A stretch of DNA of 63,976 nt, counting the filler, from Malassezia furfur (lineage: Eukaryota), in assembly GCA_052055015.1 (NCBI GenBank). It is 5 parts of 5 records of this genome, joined end to end, with 100 filler letters (N's around TTAATTAATTAA, not from the genome) between each part and the next. Parts side by side here need not be neighbours in the genome. Positions count along the whole stretch, not along the records: positions 13,650 to 27,168 come from JBQJIT010000314.1; positions 27,269 to 40,739 come from JBQJIT010000315.1; 3 more parts are not named here. The stretch is one strand, 5' to 3'. A model generated the notes under the pieces. That model was not told the DNA's origin and ran no database searches. It saw only the letters and a list, made by a program, of their open reading frames with translations. Made by a program: the position numbers and the translations under genes. This document shows positions 20,793 to 31,574 of the stretch, in pieces (the first letter of the stretch is position 1; every line of letters starts with the position of its first letter).

Positions 20793-23381
20793 CTACGCAT
20801 AGGCCCACGTGCCCGCTGCCGAAGCCCATGCCGCGAGCTGCGACGCGGGCGTCTCGATAAACTGGTGCGCCTGCGCCGTGCCGTCCGGCGACGGGTGTGC
20901 CAGGACACCCAGGCCCGGGCCGCCGACCTCGGTCTCGTACGTAGTGAATCCGTGCGTAGCAAGCGACTGGAGCAGCGCGTCCATCTGTGCCGCGCTCACA
21001 TCGTCACGCACGAGCGTGATCGCGCACCCGCCGCCGCCGGCGCCCGTGAGCTTCGCGTGCAGGTGGTGCGGCGCGGCGCGGCATGTCGTGCGCACGCGCT
21101 CGAGCGCCGCATGGCCCACGCCCAGCTGCACGAGCTGCAGGTGGTTGAGGTCGATCAGGCGCCCGAGGCGCGCGAGCATCGCCGCGCGGCTTACCTCCTC
21201 TGCGCCAGGCTTGGGCTCGAGCAGCGCCTGCGCCTCGTCGGCGATCAGCTGGATGGTATCAAACGCGGCCTGCACGCGCTCTGGGTCGCTGTCTTTTTGG
21301 GCACTTACGCCGGCCACGAGGCTCTTGGTGTTGCGTGAGACGCAGGTATCGGTGATGAGCAGGCGCAGCGCATCGAAGCCGTTGATCGGCACGAGCTGGT
21401 CGTGCTCCAGCGTATTGCCGGGCACAGCACGCGTAAAGGCAATCGCGCCGCCGTGCGTCGCGACGGTGTTGTCGACGCCCGACGGCTGGCCGTGGATCAC
21501 CTTTTCGGCCAGGAACGCCCAGTGGTTCACCGTGGCGATGTCGGCGCGCGGCACGCCGGCCTTCCCGTCGGTGGGCAGGGCGAGCCGGGCGTGCGTGTAG
21601 AGCATCATCGACGCAAGGCACGACGACACCGCCGCGCTGCTGCCCAGCCCCGCGCTGATCGGCAGCGAGGAGCGCAGCTCAAACGTCTGTCCCGTGCACG
21701 AGGCCGAGGCGAGATGCAAGTAGAGGTACAGGAACGCCAGGCTCGCGACCTGCCGGCGGTCGCCCTCGGGATACTGCTGTGTGAGCGGCACGAGGCGCGC
21801 GACGAGCGAAGCGTCGAGCTCGCGCGGCGCCTCGGCGGCGTGGACCGCCGCGCCCCAGGGCAGCGCATCGACCTCCCACGCGATGCTCAGCCCAATGTCG
21901 GGCATCTCGAGCTTCACGTGGTGGTCCGCGCGCGGCGACACGCGCCCGTAGCAGCGCAGCGCCGTCGCCGCGGCGATCGCCGTCACTCCGTGCACCACGG
22001 CATGCTCACCAAAGAGGATGACCTTGCCGGGCGCACTCACTACGAGCGACGTTGGCACCTCGGGTGCGGGCGTCTGCTGGACGGAGGCAGCGCGCAGCTG
22101 CGCGCGCAGCACCTCCATCTCGTCCTGCACCGGCACGCGCTCGTACTCCACGGTGCCGTCGTCGCGCACGGCGCGCGTGCGGATGGCGCCGGCGGTGACG
22201 AGCGCCTGCGTCAGGTCCGCGAGCAGGTCGTGCACGTCCTCGATGCCGACGCACACGCGGATCAGGTTCTCGGGCATGCCGCGCTCGGCGCGCACCTTGG
22301 GGTCGATGCTCGCATGCGACATGAGGCACGGCATCGAGATTAGGCTGTTGATGCACCCGAAGCTCACACTCACGCCCCACAGCTTGACGGCTGCGACGAT
22401 GCGCGACGAGAGCTCCTTGTCGCCCGTCTCGAAGCTCATCACGCTCCCGGGGCCGCGCGCGAGGCGCCGGTGGATCGCATAGCCGGGGTGCGAACGCAGC
22501 CCGGGGTAGTTGACGCGGAAGCCCAGCTGGTGGAGAAAGTGCGCCACCTGCATCGCGTTGGTCTGCATGCGGTCCATGCGCAACGCGAGCGTCTTGATGC
22601 CGCGCAGCAGCAGGAAGCAGTCCATCGGCGCGAGCGCGTTGCCTACCGAGTTGATCAGGAAGTAGATGCGCTTCGCGAGGTCGTCGCGGTTCGTCGCAAT
22701 CGTACCCGCCATGATGTCGTGGTGGCCCGAGAGGTACTTGGTGCCCGAGTCGTACACAATGTCGACGCCCATCTCGAGCGGGCGCATGAGATACGGCGAC
22801 AGCATCGTGTTGTCCACCACAATGAGCGCCTCGGGCACATACTTGCGCACAAGGCGCGCAAACAGCGCAATGTCGCAGATCTGGATCAGAGGGTTCGTCG
22901 GCGACTCGAGCAACACCATGGTCACGGGGCCTACACGGCCCTCGGCGTGGTCCTCGGCACAGGCCTGCATGTGCCGCTCAAACATGGCCGCATTCGTGGT
23001 GTCGACGTGGTCCACCTGGATGTCGTACGTCGTGCGCAGAATGCCCAGCAGGCGGTTCGTCCCGCCATACAGATCGTTGCCCGCCACAATGCGCTCCTTG
23101 GAGCGCACGAGGCGCGTAATCACGTCCAGGCACGCCATGCCCGACGCAAGCGCATACGTGTGTTTGCAGCCTTGCAGCTGCGACAGTTGGTTCTGCAGCA
23201 CGGTCCGCGTGGGGTTGCCCGAGCGCGAGTAGTCAAACTCGGCGCCGGGCAGGCCCTTGAACGTAGCCGTGAGGTATACGGGCATCGAGGACGCGCCATA
23301 CTGGTCCCGGTGCTCCGGATCGCGTATCGTGGTGCACAGCGTGCGGAAGCTGTACGGTTCGTTCGTGGAGCCGTCCGCCAT
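20793..23381 (-). CDS. Fusion of cystathionine beta-lyase (STR3/MetG-like) and mevalonate kinase (ERG12)
   Basis: N-half FDYSRSGNPTR, DSGTKYLSGHHD, SVSFGCINSLISMP; C-half SAPGKVILFGEHAVVHG, PISAGLGSSAA, HGQPSGVDN, KLTGAGGGG; one uninterrupted ORF. Confidence 0.92.
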   Translation of the reverse strand: MADGSTNEPYSFRTLCTTIRDPEHRDQYGASSMPVYLTATFKGLPGAEFDYSRSGNPTRTVLQNQLSQLQGCKHTYALASGMACLDVITRLVRSKERIVAGNDLYGGTNRLLGILRTTYDIQVDHVDTTNAAMFERHMQACAEDHAEGRVGPVTMVLLESPTNPLIQICDIALFARLVRKYVPEALIVVDNTMLSPYLMRPLEMGVDIVYDSGTKYLSGHHDIMAGTIATNRDDLAKRIYFLINSVGNALAPMDCFLLLRGIKTLALRMDRMQTNAMQVAHFLHQLGFRVNYPGLRSHPGYAIHRRLARGPGSVMSFETGDKELSSRIVAAVKLWGVSVSFGCINSLISMPCLMSHASIDPKVRAERGMPENLIRVCVGIEDVHDLLADLTQALVTAGAIRTRAVRDDGTVEYERVPVQDEMEVLRAQLRAASVQQTPAPEVPTSLVVSAPGKVILFGEHAVVHGVTAIAAATALRCYGRVSPRADHHVKLEMPDIGLSIAWEVDALPWGAAVHAAEAPRELDASLVARLVPLTQQYPEGDRRQVASLAFLYLYLHLASASCTGQTFELRSSLPISAGLGSSAAVSSCLASMMLYTHARLALPTDGKAGVPRADIATVNHWAFLAEKVIHGQPSGVDNTVATHGGAIAFTRAVPGNTLEHDQLVPINGFDALRLLITDTCVSRNTKSLVAGVSAQKDSDPERVQAAFDTIQLIADEAQALLEPKPGAEEVSRAAMLARLGRLIDLNHLQLVQLGVGHAALERVRTTCRAAPHHLHAKLTGAGGGGCAITLVRDDVSAAQMDALLQSLATHGFTTYETEVGGPGLGVLAHPSPDGTAQAHQFIETPASQLAAWASAAGTWAYA

Positions 23382-23420
23382 CGTCGTCAAGGTGGGCGTA
23401 CGTAAGCAACTATGGTACAG

Positions 23421-24527
23421 TCAATTCGCCTTTTTGTAGCCCCGGAAGCCGATCCCGACGCACGACAAAACGTGCTCGTCGCTCTCTGGCACGGGCTTGA
23501 TCTTGAACACGACGCCAAGCGCATCGCGGATGTCCCGTAGACACTGAATCGCCTGCGGCGTCAGCGCGCCCAGCTGCACTTTCGCCACATCTTCGGGGCC
23601 GAGCGCCATGAGCACGAGCGCCATCGGCTGCTGGCTCCGGTCGATACAGCCACCCGCCTGGATCTCAGAGAGCAGCTGCCGTGCGGCAAGCAGGCCGACG
23701 TCCTCGGGCGTCACGCCGGGACTCGATGTCGCCTCCGCCGAGTGCAGCGCATCCGTCGTCGACGTCGCCACGAGCGACATGGCAAATCCGGGCGACTTGC
23801 CCGACTCCTCGCCACGGTACACGTCCGAGAATAGGTACAGGTCCGGGATATAGCGATTCAGCACGCTGCGCGCAGCATCGATCATGCGGTTCGCCATCTG
23901 GGGACTCACCCGCACCGCGCTCGCGATGCCGCGGATCTTGCGGATCCGTCCAGCCTCGACAAAGTTGAGCGGGCGCAGCAGCGACACGAGCGGCGCACGG
24001 AAGAAAATCTCGCCGCCGCCCAGCGGAGGCGCGCCGCGCTTCACGATGCGCAGCTCCATCGCCGACGACAGCATCGACACCGAATCGAGCGGCATGAAAC
24101 TCGCGAGCGTCGGCAGCATCACGGTACGCAGTGTGTCGGCACCGAGGTCGCCCATCCCCGTGGTGATGCCGCGCAGGGTCAGTGCGAGCTCCTGCTTCGC
24201 AAACGGCGCCAGAAGCACGATCCACTCAAAGAAGTAGCCGATCGCGCGCGATGTCCCGCAATCGTGGGTTACAGGACCGCCGGAAATCACGCCAGGGTGG
24301 TAGTACACCGAAGTACCCGTGTAGTTGATCTCGACGCGGCTGCCGTCGGTCACTTTTTCCAGCAGACGCAGAAACCCGGCTTCAAAGTCGCGGATGCCCG
24401 GTTCTTCGTCATCGGGGCGGATCTTGTCGATGCGCACAGGGCGCTTCGCAAATGTCGCCAGGATCAAGCGCTGGCGGAAGTACGCATGTCCCGTGAACCG
24501 GAGCAGGCGCGCGTCGTCCGCCTGCAT
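23421..24527 (-). CDS. RCL1: RNA 3'-phosphate cyclase-like 18S rRNA processing protein
   Basis: FRQRLILAT, LRLLEKVTDGS, KRGAPPLGGGE, GKSPGF, SCVGIGF. Confidence 0.93.
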   Translation of the reverse strand: MQADDARLLRFTGHAYFRQRLILATFAKRPVRIDKIRPDDEEPGIRDFEAGFLRLLEKVTDGSRVEINYTGTSVYYHPGVISGGPVTHDCGTSRAIGYFFEWIVLLAPFAKQELALTLRGITTGMGDLGADTLRTVMLPTLASFMPLDSVSMLSSAMELRIVKRGAPPLGGGEIFFRAPLVSLLRPLNFVEAGRIRKIRGIASAVRVSPQMANRMIDAARSVLNRYIPDLYLFSDVYRGEESGKSPGFAMSLVATSTTDALHSAEATSSPGVTPEDVGLLAARQLLSEIQAGGCIDRSQQPMALVLMALGPEDVAKVQLGALTPQAIQCLRDIRDALGVVFKIKPVPESDEHVLSCVGIGFRGYKKAN

Positions 24528-24642
24528 GGTTTTTGGCAGCCAAAATTTTTGTGGCCACGCGGCGATTCGGCTGACAAATGCGCCAAGCGTGAGGCGCTCC
24601 GCTTGCCTGCACCATATACATACACGCAGCGCCGAGGAAAGC

Positions 24643-26705
24643 ATGGCGGGGCCGTCGCAGTCCGCGGGCACTGAGCCAGACACACCCGTACCCAGCAACG
24701 TGCGCGGCATCTACGTGGCCGAATTCCTGCCTCGGGAGGGCAATGCGATCATTCATACCTATCCACCGGACCTCCCTGTTGAGGGGTTCGAGTGGAAAGT
24801 GCTGCCTAGTGGCGGCCACGAAGTGCGCAGCGACGTGATTCACTTCGAGAGCGGCGTGTGCGAGGAAGGCGTCCTGTTCAACGTCGCCGCATTCCGCGCG
24901 CGGCGCTTCTCACCCGAGGAAATTGAGCAAGATACGCTGAATCGGCGCGGCGCGCGGTTGGTCGCCGTGGGCATCACGCTCGGTACGTGCTCGAGACTGA
25001 CTCAGTGTGCTCCTCGTCGAACCCTGGAAGCGAGTTGTTTGAGTTTTTGCCGCACGTCAAGCACTTGGAGCGCATGGCCGACGAGATTGTCGACGACGCG
25101 CCGCTCGAGTCGCTCCATGCATACGTCGACCGCTACCGCTACCGGGACGCACTCGACGTGCAGGTGCCGACGGCAGCGCTGCGCTCACTGGAGCGCCTGC
25201 CGTACGATCCGGTGACCTACCTGTGTGCCATGAGCCGCTTCCTGGGTCCCTTGCTCGTGCCCCTCATCAAGCTGCTGCAGCTGCCGCACAAGCGTGTGAT
25301 GCTGTACAGCCCCGCGCCGATCGAGCGCGCGGCGATCATCGGTTTCAACCTCGCCGAGATCGTGCATGCAGCCTATGTGCACGCAGGGCGTGCGCCGGGC
25401 GACGTGCGTGTCAAGGGCCACGTCGGGCTCTTTGACCTCCCTGCGCTGAAACGCGAGGCCAAGCAAGGCGTGCTGGACCACGCATGGATCGCATGGACGG
25501 CCGACAAGGTGTTCAAGGATAACACGGATGTTTACGATGTGTTTGTCGACGTCTCGTCGTTTCCATACCCCGACGCGGCGCGGCACCTGCACTGCCCCCG
25601 GCCGATGGGCTTGACGATTGCGCGCGAGCCTGCGCCGTGCACCAACGATCTGCGCTGGAGTACCAACGACCTGACGCTCTACCTCGAGCTCGCCGAGCAG
25701 GAGCGGCAGTACGAGAAGATCCTGCTGCAAAACTGCCGGCCACAGCTCGACGAATGGCGCACCAAGATTGACGATGGGCCGTCGTGCGGCCTGCGTGTAT
25801 CGCTGCCCAAGTGCTGGCACTACCAGCAGCAGGACGGCCGCTCGCTCCCGGTGGGCTATGCGATCGTGCTTGCGGCGAGTCTGCGCGTGTGGCTCGCCGA
25901 GTGGTGGGTCATCCGGTCCCAGCTGCACGTTGCGGTGCCCATCTCGCTCGTGTTCCCTCTGGGCGTACGTGGCGACGGTGGGATCAGCACGGGGATCGTC
26001 GACTTGTCCGATTCGAACATGTCGAGCGACGAAGAAGACGAGGACGCGGCATCGGACGACGACAACGCGAGTACGCACGGCAGCGACACCGCCGGCCGCC
26101 GCTCGATGGCGTCGATCACGGACGAGGCAGGCAGCGAGGCCGGTGACGTGCGCTCGCTCGCCGAGTCGCTCAAAGAGTCGGCGTGCCAGATGCCCAGTGC
26201 GGACCACGACTCCGACCAGCAGAGCATCTACTCGCAGGACGATCCGCTGATCGCCGCGTGCGGTCTGGGCGTGCCGTCGGCGGACCGCTGGAGGCGCAGC
26301 TCGTCGTACAGCTGCTCGCACCTCGACCCGCGTCGCGTGAGCTATACGGGCCGCTCGGAACGCACGTTCGTGCCGGCGCACCCGCGTTTCGACCCGTCGA
26401 CGGCGTCGCAGCTGCCGATGGAGACCATGTCGAGCGTGTACCTCTTTACGCTGTGGAGCAGCTACGTGCGCGCGATGCACATCCAGGTGTCGGCGTACCT
26501 GGCCGAGCGCGTCCGCGCGCTGCCAGAGGTGGAGCAGAGTGAGAGCGCACCGCTCCTCCCGCACCGCACCGTGGCCATGTCCTCGCGCGATTTCCGCGCG
26601 CTCTCGCTGGATGCCGGCAACGAGCTGGATCGCGCGCTCGTACAGAGCATCCTGACATCGATGGGGCCGTACCGGCTGAGTCTGCAGCGCTCGTGGTTGT
26701 CATGA
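24643..26705 (+). CDS. Probable DENN/longin-like protein (LCHN/DUF2347-DUF4484 type); intron 24983-25005
   Basis: IYVAEF....GN.I......EG.EWKVLPSG.HEV.SDVIHF N-terminus; GPL.VPL.K......KRVMLYS.API. Confidence 0.65.
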
Positions 26706-26828
26706 TAGGACGGAGAAACGATGTAGCACGAACGCAACGATGATCCTGGTTCGCACGCGCGCCGCGCACCGCCTGGCCGGCGTCGATCGCCTCGCTTCCT
26801 CCACTGCGCGCGTCTCCTGCCTCCACTT

Positions 26829-27168
26829 ATGAGCGGACGCCCAGCACGCCCTGCGCGGTACCGCCCGGGCAAGGCACCCGTGCCGCTCGTGGACGAGTCG
26901 TCCGACGACGATGCACCTGAGCCCTTGCCCGTCCAGGAGGAGCCGCAGGTGGTGCCGAGTCACACGGCCGTGCCCCAGGCGCGCTCGGCCGGCGTCACGA
27001 TCCAGCGCGGCGACGAAGCCATCCAGTTTTCTACACGCGACGCGCAGGACGCGTCCCATGCTGCGCAGCCGACGGAAGACCCCGGTGTGGATTTGAGCGA
27101 GTACGGTACGTGGGCATCTTATACAGAAACGGACACCGACGACGACGAGGAGGGAGCGGAGCCTACGG
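26829..27168 (+). CDS. MFAP1/Spp381-like spliceosomal protein, 5' fragment; 21-nt intron 27106-27126
   Basis: RPARYRPGKAP...ESSDDD N-terminus and acidic SEYETDTDDDEE; truncated at linker. Confidence 0.6.
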
Positions 27169-27268
27169 NNNNNNNNNNNNNNNNNNNNNNNNNNNNNNNN
27201 NNNNNNNNNNNNTTAATTAATTAANNNNNNNNNNNNNNNNNNNNNNNNNNNNNNNNNNNNNNNNNNNN
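27169..27268. other. Artificial contig linker
   Basis: N-run with TTAATTAATTAA. Confidence 0.98.
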
Positions 27269-28498
27269 GCCGCGTCGCCCGCGCCGGCCGTGTCTGCACC
27301 GGCGCCCGCTGCGAACCCGTATCTGTCCGCCGAGCCGGCCGCCGACGAGGCGGCAGGGCCCAAGCGGCGCAGCATGCACCGCTCGCTGCAGTTCCACCGC
27401 CCGGGGCGCTATGTGCTGCAGGCGGAGCAGATCCGCCGCGAGGAGCAGATGAACGCGCTCAAAGAGCGCATCCAGGAGCGCGCACGCAAGGCGGGACTCC
27501 AGGACGAGCTGGTGGGCGACGAACGCGCACTGCGCCGCCCACCGCCGCCCGACATCGAGTGGTGGGACGCGCCGCTGCTCCCGAGCAAGAGCTATACCGA
27601 TGTGCCCGACGCTGCCGGCTCGCAGCCGGCGCCGGACACGCTTCCGCACCTTGCCGGGCCTGACAGCCCCCTCGACCACCATGTGCAGCATCCGATCCCG
27701 ATCCCGGCGCCGACAGGGCTGCTGCGGGTGCAGCCCAAGGGCGTGATGCTCACCAAGCAAGAAATGAAAAAGATGCGCAAGCAGCGCCGCGCCGCCGAGC
27801 AGCAGGACAAGCGCGACCGCATCAAGATGGGCCTGCTGCCGCCCGACCCGCCCAAGGTGAAGCTGTCGAACCTGATGCGGGTGCTGTCCTCCGAGGCGAT
27901 CGCCGACCCGACCAAGGTCGAGGCGCGCGTGCGCCGCGAGGTCGCGGCGCGGCGCGAGCAGCACGAGCGCACCAATGCCGAGCGCATGCTCACCGACGAG
28001 CAGCGGCAGCAGCGGCGCATGTACAAGACCAAGGTCGAGGAGGACAAGGGCATCTGGTGCCAGGTATACCGCATCCGCTACCTGGTCAGCCCGTCGCACA
28101 AGTTCAAGGTGCGCAAGAATGCGCAGCAGCACCACCTCGGCGGCATCGTGATCACGCACCCCGACCTTGCGCTCGTCGTCGTCGAGGGCTCGGCCAAGGC
28201 GCTCAAGGCATACAAGCGCCTGATGCTCGTCCGCATCGACTGGACCGACCCGGGGCGCCCGCGCGAGGGCACGCCAGACGACGACGCACCACCACCGCCG
28301 CAGGACGACGTGGACTATGCGTCGAACTCGTGCGAGCTCGTGTTCGAGGGCCCTGTGCGCGAGCGCACCTTCCCGGGCGGCGTCGTGCGCACCGAGGCGT
28401 GTCCGACCGACTTCAAGGTCAAGGAGCTCCTTGGGCCGAACCTCGCGGGCTATTGGGAGGTGGCCAAGCGCTCGCTCACGGCGACGCAGCTCGACTAG
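27269..28498 (+). CDS. PRP3: U4/U6 snRNP protein Prp3, 5' partial
   Basis: PDIEWWD, VQHPIPI, LTKQEMKKMRKQRR, KVKLSNLMRVL, DPTKVE, HKFKV.KNAQQ, YKRLML.RIDW. Confidence 0.95.
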   Translation, partial: AASPAPAVSAPAPAANPYLSAEPAADEAAGPKRRSMHRSLQFHRPGRYVLQAEQIRREEQMNALKERIQERARKAGLQDELVGDERALRRPPPPDIEWWDAPLLPSKSYTDVPDAAGSQPAPDTLPHLAGPDSPLDHHVQHPIPIPAPTGLLRVQPKGVMLTKQEMKKMRKQRRAAEQQDKRDRIKMGLLPPDPPKVKLSNLMRVLSSEAIADPTKVEARVRREVAARREQHERTNAERMLTDEQRQQRRMYKTKVEEDKGIWCQVYRIRYLVSPSHKFKVRKNAQQHHLGGIVITHPDLALVVVEGSAKALKAYKRLMLVRIDWTDPGRPREGTPDDDAPPPPQDDVDYASNSCELVFEGPVRERTFPGGVVRTEACPTDFKVKELLGPNLAGYWEVAKRSLTATQLD

Positions 28499-28520
28499 TT
28501 TGCCTACGTAGTCAGGTATC

Positions 28521-30149
28521 TTAGGCAAACAGGCGGAAGCCGTCCGCCACGGGCAGCGGCTCGGGCGCCGCCGGCACGGCGTCGTCGGCCTCGTCCGTGT
28601 CGGGGCGTGCGCCCGCAAGACGCGCAAACAGCCGCTCCGCCTGGTCATCGCTCCACGTCACGCGCGGGATGGGCGGCATAAAGTTCTGCACCTTGTCGAT
28701 CACTTGGTACCGGATGCGCCGCCCCTTGCTCGCACGCACATCCACAGCGCGCTTGCGCTTCTTGGCGTGCAGCGCATCGCTCGCAAACGCCGACGTGCCC
28801 GCTTGCACGAGGCCGGCATTGTCCACCAGATCGCGCAGCAGCTGTGCGTAAAAGTCGCTGTCGTCAAACACGTCGGCGTCCTGCGCCGCACGTGCATCGG
28901 CCACGGCAGGCGTAGCGCCCCCCACGCGGTCGACGTCCGTCGCACGCCAGACGCGCGTGCGCTCAACCAGGCGCGCGAGGCCGTCTCCGGACAGCGCCTG
29001 GTCCATCTGCTCGACCACGCCCTGGTTCATCGCACGCAGCTGCAGCTTGGCGCCGGGTGCGTTGCGCGAGTCGGGCGCGGCCGCAATCTTGTTCGACCAG
29101 CGGCTCAGCAGCATGCGCCGGTGCGGCTCAATCGCCGCCTCCAAGTCACGCGCCGCCTTGGACGCACTCGCCTCGGTGTTGACGCGCGAGGCAAGTACGT
29201 CGCGCAGCGCCGGCAGGTTCTGCTCCCAGAGCCGCATGCGGATCAACAGCAGGGTGCTCGCCATCACCTCGAGGTCGGCTGCCGCCGCATCGAGCGCAGT
29301 GCGCGCCTCAGGCGCCGCGTCCAGGCACGCCGCCACGTCTTGGCTGGGCGGCAGACGCCCGACCTGGGTATTGGTTTTCTGCATCGCGATGCGGGTCCGG
29401 AGCGCCTGCTCCCACGCGCGCACCTGCTTTTGGACGTCGCGGCCCTTGCGCACGTCTTGTGCCTGCCGAGTCTGCAGCTGCGCCAGCAGATCGCCGTTGT
29501 TGCCGCCGGGCGCCGCCTCGGGCGCATCCGCACGCCGCTTGGTGCCGCGCGGCACTGCATCGGGTGTGCGGCCGGGTACATCGCTCTCATATGCATCCAC
29601 TGAGTTGTTGTCGCTTTCGTCGAGCACCTCTTCGTCGTCGCTGTCAGACTGCACTTGGCCGTCGTCGCCGTCGTCGTCGTCAAATTCTTCCACCTCCGAG
29701 ACTTCGTCACCATCGTCGCGGTCGGTATGCTCAGGCGCATCGTATGCATCGCTCTCCTCACTCTCATCATCGTCGTCGTTGTCCTCACCGAGATCATCCA
29801 TAGCCAGGTCCTCCTTCTCCTCCTCCTCGCCATCCTCGTCGTCGTCGTCGACGTCGTCGTCGTCCTCGCCGTCATCGCCAAACATTTCCGCACGCGAGGT
29901 CTTTACGCCACTGTACTTGCCACGGCTCAGCGCATCCGAGTCCGTGAGTCGCGCCTTGCGCATCTTGCTGGCCCCCACGTCGACATAGTGGCGCCGCGCA
30001 GCATGCTCGGGCATCTCGTCGTCTGACCTGGACACGTGGGACGCTGCATCATTCCCATCTTCGTATGACTGCTCCGGATCGATCGCTGCGTTAGGCATGC
30101 ACGTACTCTCCGGCGCGACGCGCAGCAAGGCGTCCACGTCGAGCGCCAT
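28521..30149 (-). CDS. BFR2: SSU processome protein Bfr2/AATF
   Basis: HYVDVGAS, acidic region, FDDSDFYAQLLRDL, VD.RASKGRRIRY.V..KVQNFMPP. Confidence 0.92.
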   Translation of the reverse strand: MALDVDALLRVAPESTCMPNAAIDPEQSYEDGNDAASHVSRSDDEMPEHAARRHYVDVGASKMRKARLTDSDALSRGKYSGVKTSRAEMFGDDGEDDDDVDDDDEDGEEEEKEDLAMDDLGEDNDDDDESEESDAYDAPEHTDRDDGDEVSEVEEFDDDDGDDGQVQSDSDDEEVLDESDNNSVDAYESDVPGRTPDAVPRGTKRRADAPEAAPGGNNGDLLAQLQTRQAQDVRKGRDVQKQVRAWEQALRTRIAMQKTNTQVGRLPPSQDVAACLDAAPEARTALDAAAADLEVMASTLLLIRMRLWEQNLPALRDVLASRVNTEASASKAARDLEAAIEPHRRMLLSRWSNKIAAAPDSRNAPGAKLQLRAMNQGVVEQMDQALSGDGLARLVERTRVWRATDVDRVGGATPAVADARAAQDADVFDDSDFYAQLLRDLVDNAGLVQAGTSAFASDALHAKKRKRAVDVRASKGRRIRYQVIDKVQNFMPPIPRVTWSDDQAERLFARLAGARPDTDEADDAVPAAPEPLPVADGFRLFA

Positions 30150-30323
30150 GGCCGCAAAAAAAGTGGGTGTCGGAGATGCTTACGTAAGAAGGCTCGGTGG
30201 AAATAGCGCGTGTTCGCGTCGGACATCGGGCCTGGTAGGTCGTGGTCAAGCGACGAAGCGCCGATCAGGTCGGGGATCAAGAATCGACGACCTTGTCTCT
30301 CTTGACGCTGCCAACGGTGTGCG

Positions 30324-31571
30324 ATGGGAAGCTCGGACCCCCCGTGCGTCCCGCAACATACCTCCCACGACACATCACCCTCCAGTGAGGGCCCGGGATC
30401 GTCTACAGGAGCTCCTTCCGACGGGCCTATGTACCGACCGACCCCACTCACGGAATCGGTCGTGCTCAAGACGATGGGGTCAGAGCCGCCCGCGGTACAG
30501 GCCGAGGCAAAACCCGGGAAAGACACATCGGCGCCACTGGAAGTGCGCTGCTACGGGCGGACACGCGTGCCGACCCCGCACGGTGAAGTGTTCCTGCACC
30601 TCTACCGGAATAACCACGACGACAAGGAACACCTTGCGCTCGTCATCGACCCGGCCCAGAACCAGCCGTGGATCCAGAAGCGGCAAGATGAGGGGATCAT
30701 GGGTAAGCCGCGGCACCTGCGGTCACGTACGCTCGACGCTACGTGGCACCCCAACGAGACGGCGACCGAGCGGCTGATCCGCGGCGCTTACGTCCGACGG
30801 CTGGGGCCGTCCTGCCAGGAGCCATCAGAGCCGCGTGCCGCCGAGAGCGCCGACCTCGATGTCGATCAGGAATCCTTTGCGAATCCGCTCGTGCGCATCC
30901 ACTCAGAGTGCTATACCGGCGAGACGATCGGGTCCAAGCGGTGCGACTGCGGCGAGCAGCTTGACGAGGCAATCCGCCTGATCAGCAACTCCACGACCAA
31001 GGACCGGCAAGGGCGCAGCGTGCCGCCGCGCGGTGTAGTGGTTTACATGCGCCAGGAGGGCCGCGGCATCGGCCTGCTGGACAAGCTGTTTGCCTATAAC
31101 CTGCAGGACATGGGGCACGACACGGTCACGGCAAATGTCATGCTGGGCCATCTGCCGGACGCGCGCAAGTACGACATTTCCAGTGCGATCCTGAAAGATC
31201 TCGGCATCAACGCATGCCGCCTGCTCACCAACAACCCTGAAAAGATGCAGGCGCTCGCGCGCGAGGGTATCCACGTCTCGGAGCGCGTGCCGGTCGTGCC
31301 GAGCGTGTGGAAGGACCAGGGGCCTGCGGCGCGGCATTTGCAGGATGCGTGCGCCAACAGCACCATCTCGGTACGGGGCGACGACACGCCCCGCACCGAC
31401 CCAGACCAAGTCGACGACCACGACTGGGAGTCGGAGATCGAGCAGCCCGACAGCCTAACCTCGGGTTTGACACACAGCACCGACTTGGAGCGCTACCTAC
31501 GTACCAAGGTTGAAAAAATGGGCCACATGCTCGTGGTCCCGAGCGCGAGCGACTCTGTGCAGAGCTTGTAG
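30324..31571 (+). CDS. RIB1: GTP cyclohydrolase II
   Basis: [48 protein letters not shown]. Confidence 0.95.
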   Translation: MGSSDPPCVPQHTSHDTSPSSEGPGSSTGAPSDGPMYRPTPLTESVVLKTMGSEPPAVQAEAKPGKDTSAPLEVRCYGRTRVPTPHGEVFLHLYRNNHDDKEHLALVIDPAQNQPWIQKRQDEGIMGKPRHLRSRTLDATWHPNETATERLIRGAYVRRLGPSCQEPSEPRAAESADLDVDQESFANPLVRIHSECYTGETIGSKRCDCGEQLDEAIRLISNSTTKDRQGRSVPPRGVVVYMRQEGRGIGLLDKLFAYNLQDMGHDTVTANVMLGHLPDARKYDISSAILKDLGINACRLLTNNPEKMQALAREGIHVSERVPVVPSVWKDQGPAARHLQDACANSTISVRGDDTPRTDPDQVDDHDWESEIEQPDSLTSGLTHSTDLERYLRTKVEKMGHMLVVPSASDSVQSL

Positions 31572-31574
31572 GCA

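Noticed and set aside
26829..28498. MFAP1-like and PRP3 as a spliceosomal gene cluster
   Set aside because: Separated by an artificial contig linker
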